DNA from: Squalus acanthias | Lineage: Eukaryota | Length of the DNA: 64,000 nucleotides | Reading direction: 5' to 3' | Assembly: GCA_030390025.1 (NCBI GenBank) | Contig: CM059433.1 | Coordinates: 31,002,001-31,066,000 of the forward strand | Part shown: positions 38,291 through 50,815 of the stretch, one piece after another | Layout of the letters: each line of letters starts with the position of its first letter | Position numbering within the stretch: position 1 is the first letter of the stretch | Translations under genes and position numbers: made by a program | Notes under the pieces: generated by a model | Told to the model about the DNA's origin: nothing | The model's database searches: none | What the model saw: only the letters and a program-made list of their open reading frames with translations

Positions 38291-38559
38291 TAAATATTGG
38301 CCAGGACTGCCCTGCTCTTCTTTGAAACAGTGCCAATGAAATATTTTATGTTCACCTGAGAGGGCAGACAGGGCCTTGGTTTAACGTTCCATCCAAAAGA
38401 CAGATATAAAATATAATATATAATTTAACCCCGTAATATGGAACCAGTTCAGCTCTTTTGGTTAGCAACTGTTGAGGCCACTGGCCAAATTAATTTATCC
38501 AATCTCAGGCTATCATTTTGCCCAGTTTTAAGGAGCTACATTGTGCAAAGATTCGTGGT

Positions 38560-38980
38560 GTCAGCTGTGGCTCAGTTGGTAGCGCACTCGCTTATAGAAT
38601 CAGAAGGTTGTGAGTTCAAGTCCCACTCCAGGGACTTGAACACACAAAGCTAGGCTGACACTCCAGTGCAGTGCTGAGGGAGTACTGCACTGTAAAAGGT
38701 GTCATCTTTCGGATGAGATGTTAAACCGAGGCCCTGTCTGATCTCTCAGGTGGATGTAAAAGATCCCATGGCACTATTTTGAAGAAGAGCAGGGGAGTTA
38801 TCCCCAGTGTCCAATATTTATCCCTCAACCAACATAACAAAAACAGATTATCTGGTCATTATCACATTGCTGTTTGCTGAGCGCAAATTGGCTGCTGCAT
38901 TTCCCACATTACAACATTTGCTGTAAAGAGCTTTGAGATGTCTGGTGGTCGTGAAAGACGCTATATAGATGCAAGTCTTT
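38560..38980 (+). mobile_element. tRNA-derived DeuSINE-like SINE
   Basis: gtcagctgtggctcagttggtagcgcactc...gagttcaagtcccactcc head, then core and tail. Confidence 0.85.
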
Positions 38981-39009
38981 TGTTTGCCTCTGTAGATGGC
39001 TATTTTTGG

Positions 39010-39880
39010 TGATGCTGTACAGATAGTGAAGTAGTCCATGCCTGCATGCAACAAGACCTGGACGACGTTCAGGCTTGGGCTGATAAGTGGCAGGTAACAT
39101 TCGCGCCACAGAAGTGCCAGGCAATGATTTTCTCCAACAAGCGAGAGTCTAACCACCTCCCCTTGACATTCAATGGCATTACCATCACCGAATCCCCCAC
39201 CATCAACATCCTGGGGGTCACCATTAACCAGAAACTTAACTGGACCAGCCACATAAATACTGTGGCAACAAGAGCAGGTCAGAGGCTGGGTATTCTGTGG
39301 CGAGTGTCTCACCTCCTGACTGCCCAAAGCCTTTCCACCATCTACAAGGCACAAGTAAGGAGTGTGATGGAATACTCTCCGCTTGCCTGGATGAGTGCAG
39401 CTCCAACAACACTCAAGAAGCTCGACACCATCCAGGACAAAGCAGCCTGCTTGATTGGCACCCCATCCACCACCTGAAACATTCACTCCCTCCACCACCG
39501 GCGTACCGTTGCTGCAGTGTATACCATCTACAAGATGTACTGCAGCAACTCGCCAAGGCTTCTTCGGCAGCACCTCCCAAACCCGCGACCACTACCACCT
39601 AGAAGGACAAGGGCAGCAGGTGCATGGGAACACCACCACCTTCAAGTTCCCCTCCAAGTCACACACCATCCTGACTTAGGAGTCTATCGCCGATCCTTCA
39701 TCATCGCTGGGTCAAAATCCTGGAACTCCCTACCTAACAGCACTGTGGGAGTACCTTCACCACATGGACTGCAGCGGTTCAAGAAGCCAGCTCACCACCA
39801 CCTTCTCAAGGGCAACTAGGGATGGACAATAAATGCTGGCCTTGCCATGACGCCCAGATTCCGTAAGCGAATTAAAAAAA
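39010..39880 (+). mobile_element. CR1-group LINE 3' part, same family as 19985-24612
   Basis: ORF 39046..39477 MQQDLDDVQAWADKWQVTF...YKAQVRSVMEYSPLAW and a poly-A end. Confidence 0.9.
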
Positions 39881-40689
39881 ACACACTCTTGGGTATCAGT
39901 GATGGGACAATTAGACACCAAGACTGACTTGCATAATCACCAAACAAAAACTGTTCTTTCAAATAAAATTTTATTTCAATTATCTATCTTATAAAAAAAG
40001 TAAGTGGAACTCTGCACCAGCACCTTGCAATGGGCATGACAATGGGTATCAGATGCTAGAAATCTCAGAATTGATTAATGCAATTTTTCAGACAACATCA
40101 ACAATAAACATTGATGAACACTATTAAGATGGATAAAGCACTTTTTCTTGGCACTCTTTGTACTTTCACCCCACCACCAGTATATACCCTATATTTTGTC
40201 ATAAGTATTTTTTTATTAAACAAAGGGGATAATAGTTGGATTGGACACGAAAACAGGCGCAGTGATTGCGATGCACGTACCATCCACGTTATCGGCCACA
40301 CCAAGATGGCGTTCAGTGTGGGCCACAGCGGAAGTCGGCGGAAGCGAGGCGGATGCCATTTTTTCTTCAAAACCGGCCAAAACTACCGGCGCTATGGAGC
40401 CAAATTTTGCGGTCAGGGAATTCTCTAAGATTTCAGCACTATTTTTTCCTGACCCTAGTGAGTCTCCATCTGGGATCTAAGCCCTTCATCAACTTCTGGA
40501 CTGCAAAACTCCAACTCCAAAGAAGTGTCAATGAGTCTATCTGCAAGATGGACCAAACACCTCCACCTGTCACTCAACAGTCCAACCTGAAAGTCTCAGG
40601 AGTGCAATCAAGTTGAAACATAGGTTTCTTGCTGAGCTAAATTGAGAGATTTGCTTTAAACGATGAAAATTCAAAATAAAAGACCGATT

Positions 40690-41100
40690 TCTCTAGAAAA
40701 GAGAAGGCTGAGGGGATGATCTGATCGAGGTCTTCAAGATTGTGCAGAGGTTCGATAGGTTAGACGTAGAGAAGATGTTTTCACTTGTGGGGGAGACCAA
40801 AACTTGGGGCCATAAATATAAGACAGTCACTAATAAATCCAGTAGGGAATTCAGGAGAAAGTTCTTTACCCAGAGAGTAGTTAGAATGTGGAACTCGCTA
40901 CCACACGGAGTAGTTGAGGTGAATAGCATAGATGCATTTAAGGGGAAGCTAGATAAGTATATGAGGGAGAAAGGAATCGAAGGTTATGCTGATGGAGCTA
41001 GATGAAGAGGAGTGGCAGGAGGCTCGTGTGGTGTATAAACACCGGCATGGATCAGTTTGGCCAAATGGCCTGTTTTTGTGCCGTACTTTCTATGTAATAT
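40690..41100 (+). mobile_element. CR1 3' fragment
   Basis: ORF 40742..41005. Confidence 0.85.
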
Positions 41101-42199
41101 AAATGTATGTCTTTCTATCTTTCTTTATATAACCTGAAGCAGGTTGCACTTCTACAGCACAATAAAAGAAAAACACCAAATTCTTTCCATTTTTGTTCTG
41201 TTTCAAAGTGTATAAAATGAGGTAATCTGGTTCTAACAATCAGAAGTTGAACACACACACACTTTCTTCGACAAAATGGTACAGCAGAAAAGGTGTTAAT
41301 TATACTTTAGGTGCGTCCACGGCACGTGACGGGTTATGACAGTGCATTTCCTCCGTAGATCTGGGGAGAAGCTTCACCTCGCACCAAAGGGCATTGTCTC
41401 AGTCAAGCGCTTTGGATCAACTGACAGGGCAATGGAACCTACATTAACAATGCTTCTGGCACAAAGGTAAGAAATAGATGCCTGAAGGAGGCTTTGCAGT
41501 TAAGACGCTATTCCGTGATGAAACGCCCATACGATGTTTTGATCCTCACCTTAAATTGGTGAAGGATGACTCCGGCTGTAAACCGGGAAAGAGTTCAATT
41601 CCCAGAACTGTCAACTCTCACTCTAATGAGCTTAAAACGATTCGGGCAACCAACAATTGCTTTTTATAAAAAAAATTCTGTTTTTCCACAACAGTCATAC
41701 TGCATAACCCTGATGGCTGTGAAAATGTCTTGACAGTTCGATACAGAGAGATGCAGTCTGTGAAGTGCACATGCATCAGTGAGCAACGTACATAATTCAT
41801 CAACATGGCACCTGCTTTAAGAAGAGAAAATGATCTAAGCAAGCACTATTGGGTAAAAAGCTGGAAAATTCCCTCATATCTCGGACTGTATAGCTCGTGT
41901 ACGTCTCAGTCTCAACTCCTCAGGTTTGAACGCTGTAAACTAGGCGAGTGAGTGCATTCCCACAGTGCAGAAGCTGATGTTTGAGGGCAAGAAACAAGTG
42001 TCTTTGACAGAAGAGCCAATATTTATTTGTCCGGCATCTTGGGCAGGTACAAGAGCAGCCATCGCTGCCTGGAAATTCTTTGCTGTTTTCGATGTCCCTG
42101 GGGCCTCAAATCGGGGCAACTCAATCAACGGGCAAGCAAATTGCGGTGGAAGCCATTCATGCAGATCTACGCCCCAAAACTAGGGGCCATCAATATAAG

Positions 42200-42440
42200 A
42201 CTTCTTTACCCAGAGAGTGGTTAGAATGTGGAACTCGCTACCACATGGAGTAGTTGAGGCGAAAAACATAGATACGTTTCAGGGGAGGCTGGATCAATAC
42301 ATGAGGGAGAAAGGAATAGAAGGTTATGCTAATAGGGTTAGATGAAGAGGGGTAGGAGAAGGCTCGTGTAGAACATAAACACCGGCATAGACCAGTTGGG
42401 CCGAATGGCCTGTTTCTCTACTGTATATTCAATGTAATTC
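42200..42440 (+). mobile_element. CR1 3' end fragment
   Basis: ttctttacccagagagtggttagaatgtggaactc... plus 3' UTR. Confidence 0.8.
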
Positions 42441-44539
42441 CACGTAAATAGAACAACTGAGTGGTGAGATGCTGGAAAAAATATAACTCGTAATGGGATG
42501 TGTGCACAAGTATCATCACCGTACATGTGCATGATGTTACTTGCAAATTAATTTCCATATCTGACACTTCCCTATCAGCAAAGAAATGAAGACTGGCATT
42601 GATTAAGAGCCTTTCACGACCTCAGGACGTCCAAACTAGTGTAGTCATTGCTGAAATGTAGGAAACCAACAGCCAATTTGCGCACAGCAAGCTCCCAATA
42701 ACAGCAACGAAATACATGATCAGATAATTTGTTTTAGCTGGTTGAGGGTTAAATATTGACCAGCGACTCTGTATCTTCACCACTACATGGTTTGAAAGTG
42801 CCCCTGAGTTTATGGTTGATCGGTATTTGGTCAAGCTAGTAATTATTGATCCACAAGAGCAAAAACAATGGGTGTATCATCAGTACAATTCCATCAGTGG
42901 GAGACTGGGAAAGCAAGACTGACTGGGCTGCAGACCTCTAATCATTTCCCTCAGTTCTTTGGTGGCTCCCGACTTTAAGCAGTATGGATTACTAACGTTT
43001 TTTTTGTCGACATGTTTTGTTTTCAAGTGGCACCCAGCACACACTACAAAAAGGCTAGCACTTGTATATGTCTTGCACGGCAAGGTAATCCAAATCTATA
43101 AGCTCAACACCATTCTCTGCTTTTCAATACTATCCCTCTAGAAATGAACCCCAGTGCTTTGCTTGCATTTTTTATGGCCTTATTAACCTATGTTGCTACT
43201 TTTAATGATTTGTGAATCTGTACCCCTAGATCCCTTTGTCCCTCTAACCCATTTTGACTCTTATTTTCCAAAATGTATATGGCCATCTTATTCCTCCTAC
43301 CAAAATGCACCACCTCACACTTATCTACATTGAAATTTATTTGCCACACCCATTCTGCAAGTTTATTAACATCATCTATATTTTGTCGCAGTCCTCTTCA
43401 GTATTAACTACACCCCTCCAATTTGGTGTCATCCGCAAATTTTGAAATTGTAGTTCTTATTCCCGAGTCCAAAACATTTATGTAAATGGTGAAAAACAGT
43501 GATCCCAGCACCGATCCCTGTGGAACACCACTTCCCACCTTCTGTCAGTTTGAGTAACTTTCTTTAACCCCTAGGGCTCGATTTTAATAGCCCTGAGGAG
43601 GCGGGTTTGGAGGTGGGTCTGTCGCGAAAATCGGAAAAAATGGCTTCAGACACCCAACCCACCCCCACCCGATTTTCGTGAGTGTCTGTTTAGCCGCTCC
43701 CAAACAGTTAACAGCCTGTTAACTGCCTTACTGATCCTATTTTGATAGTGGTTTCCCATTTTTGTGCTTCTGGCTCCTGTTTCCCGACTTGACAGAAACA
43801 GACCGGATTCAAGGAGACGAGTTGCTGGAGGACATGATTTGTATTCATTGGTGGAGCACTTTAAAAGCGCCCCTGTAACATGGCTGACATTAAAATGCAA
43901 CAACTTTGCGGTTGTAGGTATGGGATAAGATTTTGCACATCTACTGACCTTGTGACTGTTCAAGCTGACACCCACCTGCAGTGTGACCTGAATGGAATAA
44001 TTTCAGGCCACTTCGACTGTGAGCTTGTAAGCTTGTTGCCTCAAATGAAATCTATAGCAAGGGGATGGGAAAAATTTATGTCCTCTCATCCTGGTCCTCA
44101 TAATTGGAGGAGCAGCAGCCGCGTGGCTGGGAAGAGGAAGAGAAGGACGAGGGGCGCCTTGCATGCCCTGTTGTGACCAATGCAGCATCCCTCCAGTTCA
44201 CTACTGCCCGTCAAGCATCGAATGCACACTGCCATGCCACATTAGCATATGCTTACTCTTCAACGATAGGTGGCTACCATATGGCTCTGTAATTGCAGGC
44301 GACATTTGTCCAACGTCATACATCATCTCTGCTATACCCTGTTATTTCCTATCACGTTCACCATCAACATTACAAAAGCAAGTCGCCCTGAGCCCTCAAT
44401 GCGCTTTTGCCATTTCCCAGAACACATAGGCCACACAATCAACTGTTTGCCATAATTTTTCTTTTACACATGACAAAAGGATAAAAAACCAACAACAGTC
44501 AGAAAAAAAGACAAATCACCCAAGTGAGTCCCCTTGTGA

Positions 44540-46466
44540 CTATAGGTGCTTAATCTTTCTCTTACATGTGCTTCTACGTGGTGCTTCCCCTGTGGCATCA
44601 GCAGATGTAGAGGCACCTTGCTGACTAGGATGCTGTGCTTGCTTAGATGCCTTTGGTGGGTGTCCTCTGGGATTGGGAGCCTGGGAGGGCTCTTCAACAG
44701 TCTGCTCTTCCTGCGGCTGTGCAGGGGCTAAAACGGCCATCTCAGTTGTTTCCTCAAAGTGGGTCTCTGACCGAGTACTCTGCAGTGGCATGGTCATGTG
44801 AGCGCTTTGAGAGGAGCCCACACTTCCTTGTGTCCTGCCAACAACATCCCTCTCATGGGTCAGCCGCACCTCAGTGCTAGCAAGTGGCTGGAGAGCACCT
44901 CGCTGCACATCAGGGGGACCATGAGGACCCGTATCTACACTGGCAGCCCTCATCACAAGGACATCCATGAAGCTCTGGTCTCTCTGCTCAATAGTTGCCC
45001 ATCTCTCCTCCAGAGATGACATTCTATTTTGAACAGTCACCATGTTTTCCTGACTCTGGCGACTTATTTCCTCCATTGCGGTAGCCAGCCTTTCCACGGA
45101 GGTTGCCATCCTATCCATGGAGGATGCCATCCTATCCATGGTGGTGCGTTGATGCGCCATTGCCTCCACCACGGCAGTGCTGATGTTAGAGATGGACTCC
45201 TCCATTCTATCCACACTCGCACTAACCCTGGAGGCAAACCCTTCCAGAGACTCCTGCACTTGTTCCTGTATTTCCTGAGCCGCTCTTTTTCTGGATGGCC
45301 CCAGAGGCACAGCGTCTGCATTCAGCTCAGCAGAGCTAGGAGATTGCTGCGACCTCCGCCGAGGACTCTCCACTGTTGTCGCTGTCTCCACCATCTGCTG
45401 ATGCTCACTTGTGAGCTGTGATAGACCAGATGGCAACACTACTCTAACTCGCGAGGGCCCCACCGAGGTGTGCATTGCTGCGCTGAGTCCTGGTGACGCT
45501 GCTCCCTCAGAGGCTTCAAGTTCCTCTGAGGAGTTGTCCGGCTCTTCGTTCTGGATCGTGGGGAGATGGGCACTCGATGGTCCTGTGTGAGAGTAAAGGC
45601 ATGATTTAGACATCTGATATTGATATAGCAGACACAGCCTTTTGAGCAGATGATACAACGTGATTCTCTATGAACATCATATGCCATTGCAGTCTGAGAG
45701 GGATGAAAGTCTATTATGTCACCAGCTTCCTCTAGTGTCCCCGTCTCTCCATCACCCACTTCCAGGTCCTCGCCATCTCCAACAACCTCGTATGCAGCCT
45801 CCTCCGCACTGGTCTATGTTGCTAGGGTTGGTGTTCCTCCTCCAGTCAGTGCTCTCTCCCTATTATTGTGGGCTATCTTTTCCTGCAAGGAGGGACACAA
45901 GCGGTGTTTCAGCCACAGTGATGGAGTGAGTGTGAATAATCCCTACCATAGAAGCTTTGAGGGAGACGAAGATGGTGTAAGGTGCCAAGAGGAAGCTAGC
46001 TCCCTGTGCGTTGTTAGTTGTTGTCACTGCATGACAGTGAGTGCGAGTCTAACGGGTGCATAGGCAGGATGCTGAAGTGATTCAGTGCAGAGACAGAGAT
46101 GGATAGGTAAGGGTGCAAGGGAAGTAAGGGTACAGTGGTATGTGGAGGAGCAGGCTTACAACGCAGAGTGCTGGTGATGAGAAGAGAAGGGAAGCAGATT
46201 GAAGATAAGTGTGATGGGATACTCACTTTTGATGTTCGCACAAGATCATTAAACCTTTTTTGGCACTGGATCCAGGAGCGTGAACATATTGACCTTGCGC
46301 TGACCTCCTGAGCAATGCGCAGCCAGGCTGCCTTTGTCTGCTGAGGAGGCTTCCTCCGGCCATCAGGAGGGAAGAGAATCTCCCTGCACCTTCTCACAGC
46401 ATCGACAAGAGCATGGAGGGAGTCATCATTAAATCGAGGAGCTGCCTTGCCTCTGGAAGAAGTCAT
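44540..46466 (-). pseudogene. Harbinger Myb/SANT-like (trihelix) protein gene, 3 exons (46466-46227, 45882-45723, 45582-44540), 480 codons with one internal TAG
   Basis: Exon 1 APRFNDDSLHALVDAV...LFP...AAWLRIAQEV....RSWIQCQKRFNDL; exon 2 EKIAHNNRERALTGGG; canonical GT-AG sites with matching phases (0, 1). Single TAG at 45816-45814. Confidence 0.85.
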
Positions 46467-46467
46467 T

Positions 46468-47204
46468 GGCCCAGAAATTGATCTCGCTCTGTTCCCGCGG
46501 GGGTAAGGCTTCCCCGCGATCTCTCACTCCGCGTTGGCTTTTTCAGATCCAGCTCGCACGAACTTGATGTTCCAGACATCAGCTGGGCAGTGCTTGCGTA
46601 TCCCACCGGCGTAGTGAATTCGTGCGAGCTGTGGGATCACGTGACTCAGTTAGAGCCAATGGCAGCACACCATCTTCCATTCATAAGTTTCACATACATG
46701 CTGTGAAATCTATGAATCTTACACCCCCCCAAAATAACAGCTAAACCTCAATTAAAAAAAACCCATCACATTAATAAAATAAGTATAGTTAAATAAATTA
46801 ACCATTTTAAATAAAAAATTAAATTTTTGAAAATTTTTTAAATCTTTTAAAAAGTTATAAAAATAAACTTACCTGTCTTTAAAGTCTCTAAAAAAGATAT
46901 ACCTGTTAAAAAAAATTCAAAAAAATACTTAATTCACTACTTACCTTGTTAAAAGTGGGTCTTACTCCTCCTTTTTCCATTTCTAAAATCTTCCGTACTT
47001 ATCTGTGCGTCCAAAGCACGAAGTGCACAGCGTGCGCGCAGCCTGTAGCGCGCACGCGATGCACCGAGGAACCGCCCCCTTTTCAAAAGACCAAGTGCCG
47101 GTTTTCAGCGCATGCGCAGGGCATGCAGAAAACCGGCAATTGGAGAGAGAATACGTGAGAGTACGCAGTGCGTACTCTCGCGCAGCGGGATGAATTTTTG
47201 GCCC
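46468..47204. mobile_element. Harbinger-type MITE nested at the Myb gene start codon
   Basis: TIR ggcccagaaatt / aatttttggccc, flanks att/ata. Inverted relative of 17883-18646. Confidence 0.82.
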
Positions 47205-49004
47205 ATAGTGTATAGATCAATTTCAATGAGTATCAGAATCCATAAGAGAAAGGCTTAGGCTGGATGGCAGCTTTAAAAGCAGCAGCTATGATGACGTCAT
47301 CAGAGGCGGCCAGCCGACCCGATCACACTCATTGGACCGGCCAGCACGCCCCAATGAACTCAACAAGCTCATTGAATCAAAATTGGACATCAGCAGCTGA
47401 TCCCGCCGGAAGCGGCTCTGGAACCCGCCCACCACGCAAACCGACTCCAACCCGCCTCGGGAATTAAAATCGAGCCCCTAGTCTCTGTTTTCTGTTTTGT
47501 AGCCAGCTTGCTATCCATTCTGCTACTTGTCCCTTGACTCCACATGCTCTGACCTTAGTCATGAGTTTACTATGACTATTATCGAAGGCCTTTTGAAAAT
47601 CAAAGTATACTTCATCATTACCGTTATCTACTCTTTCTGCTACTTCTTCAAATAATTCAGTAAGGTTGGTCAAACACGACCTTCCCTTTTGAAATCCGTG
47701 TTGACTACTCTTTATTATCTCTTTGGTTTCTGGATCTTTTGATATTACATCTTTGAGTAATGATTCCTTTATCTTTCTTACCGCTGACATTAAGCTAATT
47801 GGTCTATAGACCCTGGATTTGTTCTATCTCCTTTTTTATATGTATGAATAAAATTAGCTGTCCGCCAGTCCTCTAGCACTATTCCCTTTTCTAATCGATT
47901 CTTATATATATGTAATAGTTGATCTGCTATCGATTCCCTAACTTCTTTTAGTACGCCTGGATGCAATCCATCTGGACCAGGGGTCTTATCCTCTCTAAGT
48001 TTGATTAGTTTATCAATTATCTCCCACCTTTCTATCTTAAATATCTTTACATCTTTTTGATTTCTTCTAATGTCATGAGCACCTTGTTCGTCTGTCTCCC
48101 TGGTAAATACTGAGGCAAATTCATTGTTCAATGGTTCTGCCATTTGGCTGTCATGACCTGTGAGTTTATCTTGTACATCCATTAGTGGCCGAACCCCTAT
48201 CCTGATTTTCTTTTTGTTAATTATGTGTCTGTAGAGTACTTTACCATTTCTTTTAATATTCCTTGATAATTTAATTTCGTAGTTCCACTTTGCCTTCCTA
48301 ATTGTTTTCTTGACTTCTTTCCAAATCTCTTCATATTCCCTTTTGTCATCCTCTCCTTTGTTGTCTATGTACTTAGTGTATGCCTTTTTCTTTAGTTTCA
48401 ATTTCGTAACTTATAATCAACACTGTTCGCAATAAAAGCTGTTGGCAGTCATCTGACCCAAGGTCATGTGACATCTTTTGTCACAATTCTATGTCACAAA
48501 ATTAACAACCGACAATATTCCAAATCATCTCGGCCCCCACTTACTATGTGTAGCAAATGTCTGATACCAATTTTGCGGTCCCAATAATCAGTTGCAAATT
48601 GTAGACTCTTCATTGCTGGCTGGATGATTTCTTTAAATTTAGAACCACAAATTGACAGATGATGCCTTGCAAAAAGGACACCATGGCATAAAAATAAACA
48701 GTATGCTATAGCCACACTAAATGTTAATGTATTTTGCAGATTTAGTGCTGTTTGCTGAAATTATTTTTGCAATTTCATTTTAGTTTAATAAGGTTGGTGT
48801 CCGTGTTTCTTCACAGATTAAATTCTTAGCTTCAATTGCTTTTCCCTGTAGGAAATTGCTCCTTTTTTTTTAATTTGCACTCTTTGGTTTAGTTGTACTT
48901 ATATTAAAATAATATCTTTGCATTCCCCAAAGACTTTTGCTGCTGCAAATTTTACTTTTAAAATTGCATCATCAATCTCCTTTGTCGTGTATTAATTTCT
49001 CTTT

Positions 49005-49411
49005 GGAACATAGGAACAGGAGGAGGCCATTCAGCCCTCGAGCCTGTTCCACCATTCAATTAGATCACGGCTGATCTGTATATTAGTTCCATTTACCTGC
49101 TTTGGTTCCGTAACCCTTAATACCCTTGCCTAACAAAAATCTGACAATCACAGTTTTGATATTTTCAATTAACCCCCAGCCTCAACAGCATTTTGGGGGA
49201 GAGTGTTTCAGATTTCCACTACCCTTTGTGTGAAGAAGTGCTTCTTGATATCACCCCTGAATGGCCTAGCTCCAATGTTAAGGTTATGCCCCCTTGTTCT
49301 GGACTCCCCCACCAGAGGAAATATCTTGTTTCTATCTACCCTATCACATCCTTTAATCATCTCCAGCACCTCAATTAGATCATCCCCTTAATCTTCTATA
49401 CTCAAGGGACT
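49005..49411 (-). mobile_element. CR1 3' fragment
   Basis: ggaacataggaacaggaggaggccattcagccc tail and reverse ORF2 C-terminus; same subfamily as 52855-53368. Confidence 0.8.
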
Positions 49412-49595
49412 ACAACAACTTGTATTTATATAGCGCCTTTAACGTAGTAAAACATCCCAAGGCGCTTTACAGGAGCGTTATCAAACAAAATTTGATACCG
49501 AGCCACATAAGCAGATATTAGGGCAGATGAAGTAGGTTTTAAGGAGTGTCTTAAAGGAGGAAAGAGAGATAGAGTGGCGGAGAGGCGGAGAGGCA
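49412..49595 (-). mobile_element. L2 3' fragment abutting the EYS donor site
   Basis: acaacaacttgtatttatatagcgcctttaacgtagtaaaac...gaggcggagagg. Confidence 0.8.
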
Positions 49596-49610
49596 TTTGC
49601 CAAAACTAAC

Positions 49611-49732
49611 CAGATGGCGATCCACGCAAGTGGAATTGTTTTCGCAGGAGTTGTCGACGCAGTCATCAATGTTCTGGTCACATCGCACGCCAGCAAATCC
49701 AGGGCTACAGAGGCAGTAAAACCCATCCACCA
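49611..49732 (-). CDS. EYS: EYS coding exon, 122 bp, phase 1-0: (V)[40 protein letters not shown]
   Basis: Acceptor tctttgttacag|TG and donor CATCTG|gttagt. Closely resembles the recalled vertebrate EYS segment VVDGFxCLCNPGY..RCEQDIDDC..N.CEHNSTCKDLHL. Confidence 0.92.
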
Positions 49733-50815
49733 CTGTAACAAAGACAGAAAGAGGAGAGATAAAGAGAGGAAGAATGGGAGTCATTGTAACTCAGCACGGC
49801 CAGCCCCACACTGACTGACATTCTTTCAGCGTAATGTGAAGGCTGTATTATTTGATTTCAGGCAAAGAAATGTGCTGATTCCAGATCCACTTCATCATAA
49901 TCTTCCAGGGCTAATGATCAGAGTCTTTCCTCTATTTTATCATTAATGACGTAAAAAAAAAAGTGCGGCATCTTTGGAGCATTACAGCTGTAGACGGGAC
50001 TGGTGACAGCAGTAATTGTACTTCTTAACGCTGCGGATTTATTACAATCCCGCATGGGTCCCTGGATTCTTCATTATCCCTAAGATTTACCATGTAATCT
50101 GCGTTGTCACTCTGCCTCTGCACATGCAGTTGTGCCGACTCTCATTAAATGCTCTAATTCCTTAGTGACACCAGCCATTTTCTCTTTCATTTGTTAAGAG
50201 AGGCCCGGCTCTTTCGAGCTTAAGGGTTGTGTGTAGTTGTGATTTCGTCTCAGGCAAACAGAAGCAGAGGCCCCTGAAGAGCGTGGCTAATACCTTCCAG
50301 CAAACATCTCCTGCGCCTCCTGATAAGGTATGGCACAGCTTACTGTGAGGCTGATGAATCCATCTACCTTTTCTTTTGATGCAGAGACTCAATGCAGCAA
50401 CTTGGCTTAGCAATAGTTAAAGGAACACATTCCATGGGAGCCTCTCCACCGTGTATACTTTTTATTTTTGACTTGGCGGATTAAATCTGTCATTTATCAA
50501 ACATTATTTTAAAATTATTACACACTCTGCTTGACTGCTCTGCTTCAGTATTACTAAAATAAAACTCGTCAAGGGCACTGTGCTGGTCACATTCCACTGG
50601 TTCAGGTATCAGAAGCAGACAACTGAAATCTCATTAAGAATTTTCTCATTAGCTGTGGTGGTGACCCATGGAAACATAAACCGCACTGCCAGGAGTCACG
50701 GCAGTGTTGGTAAAGAGGCTCCGAGAAGACATTTTGGATCAGGCTAAATTTGTGTTAAATTATCTGCTGTTTTCCCCCAGAGCCACTTGATTGCGATACT
50801 GGCCTCGGTGCTAAA

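Larger units (their letters stand above)
43574..47477. mobile_element. PIF/Harbinger DNA transposon with a Myb/SANT-like gene and no intact transposase
   Basis: TIRs gggctcgattttaat...gaggcgggt(t)tggag at both ends and 3-bp TSD cta/cta (43571-43573 and 47478-47480). Confidence 0.9.
43095..48405 (-). mobile_element. CR1 LINE fragment split by Harbinger 43574-47477
   Basis: ORFs 47790..48401 and 47464..47790 (QHGFQKGRSCLTNL...WLQNRKQR) continue below 43573 ([17 protein letters not shown]). Confidence 0.88.

Noticed and set aside
38560..38640. tRNA gene
   Set aside because: It is the tRNA-derived head of a SINE and continues into SINE core and tail. The same applies at 12150-12222, 16770-16836 and 31470-31540.
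38848..39573. 241-aa minus-strand ORF
   Set aside because: Antisense shadow of the LINE RT running into a SINE.
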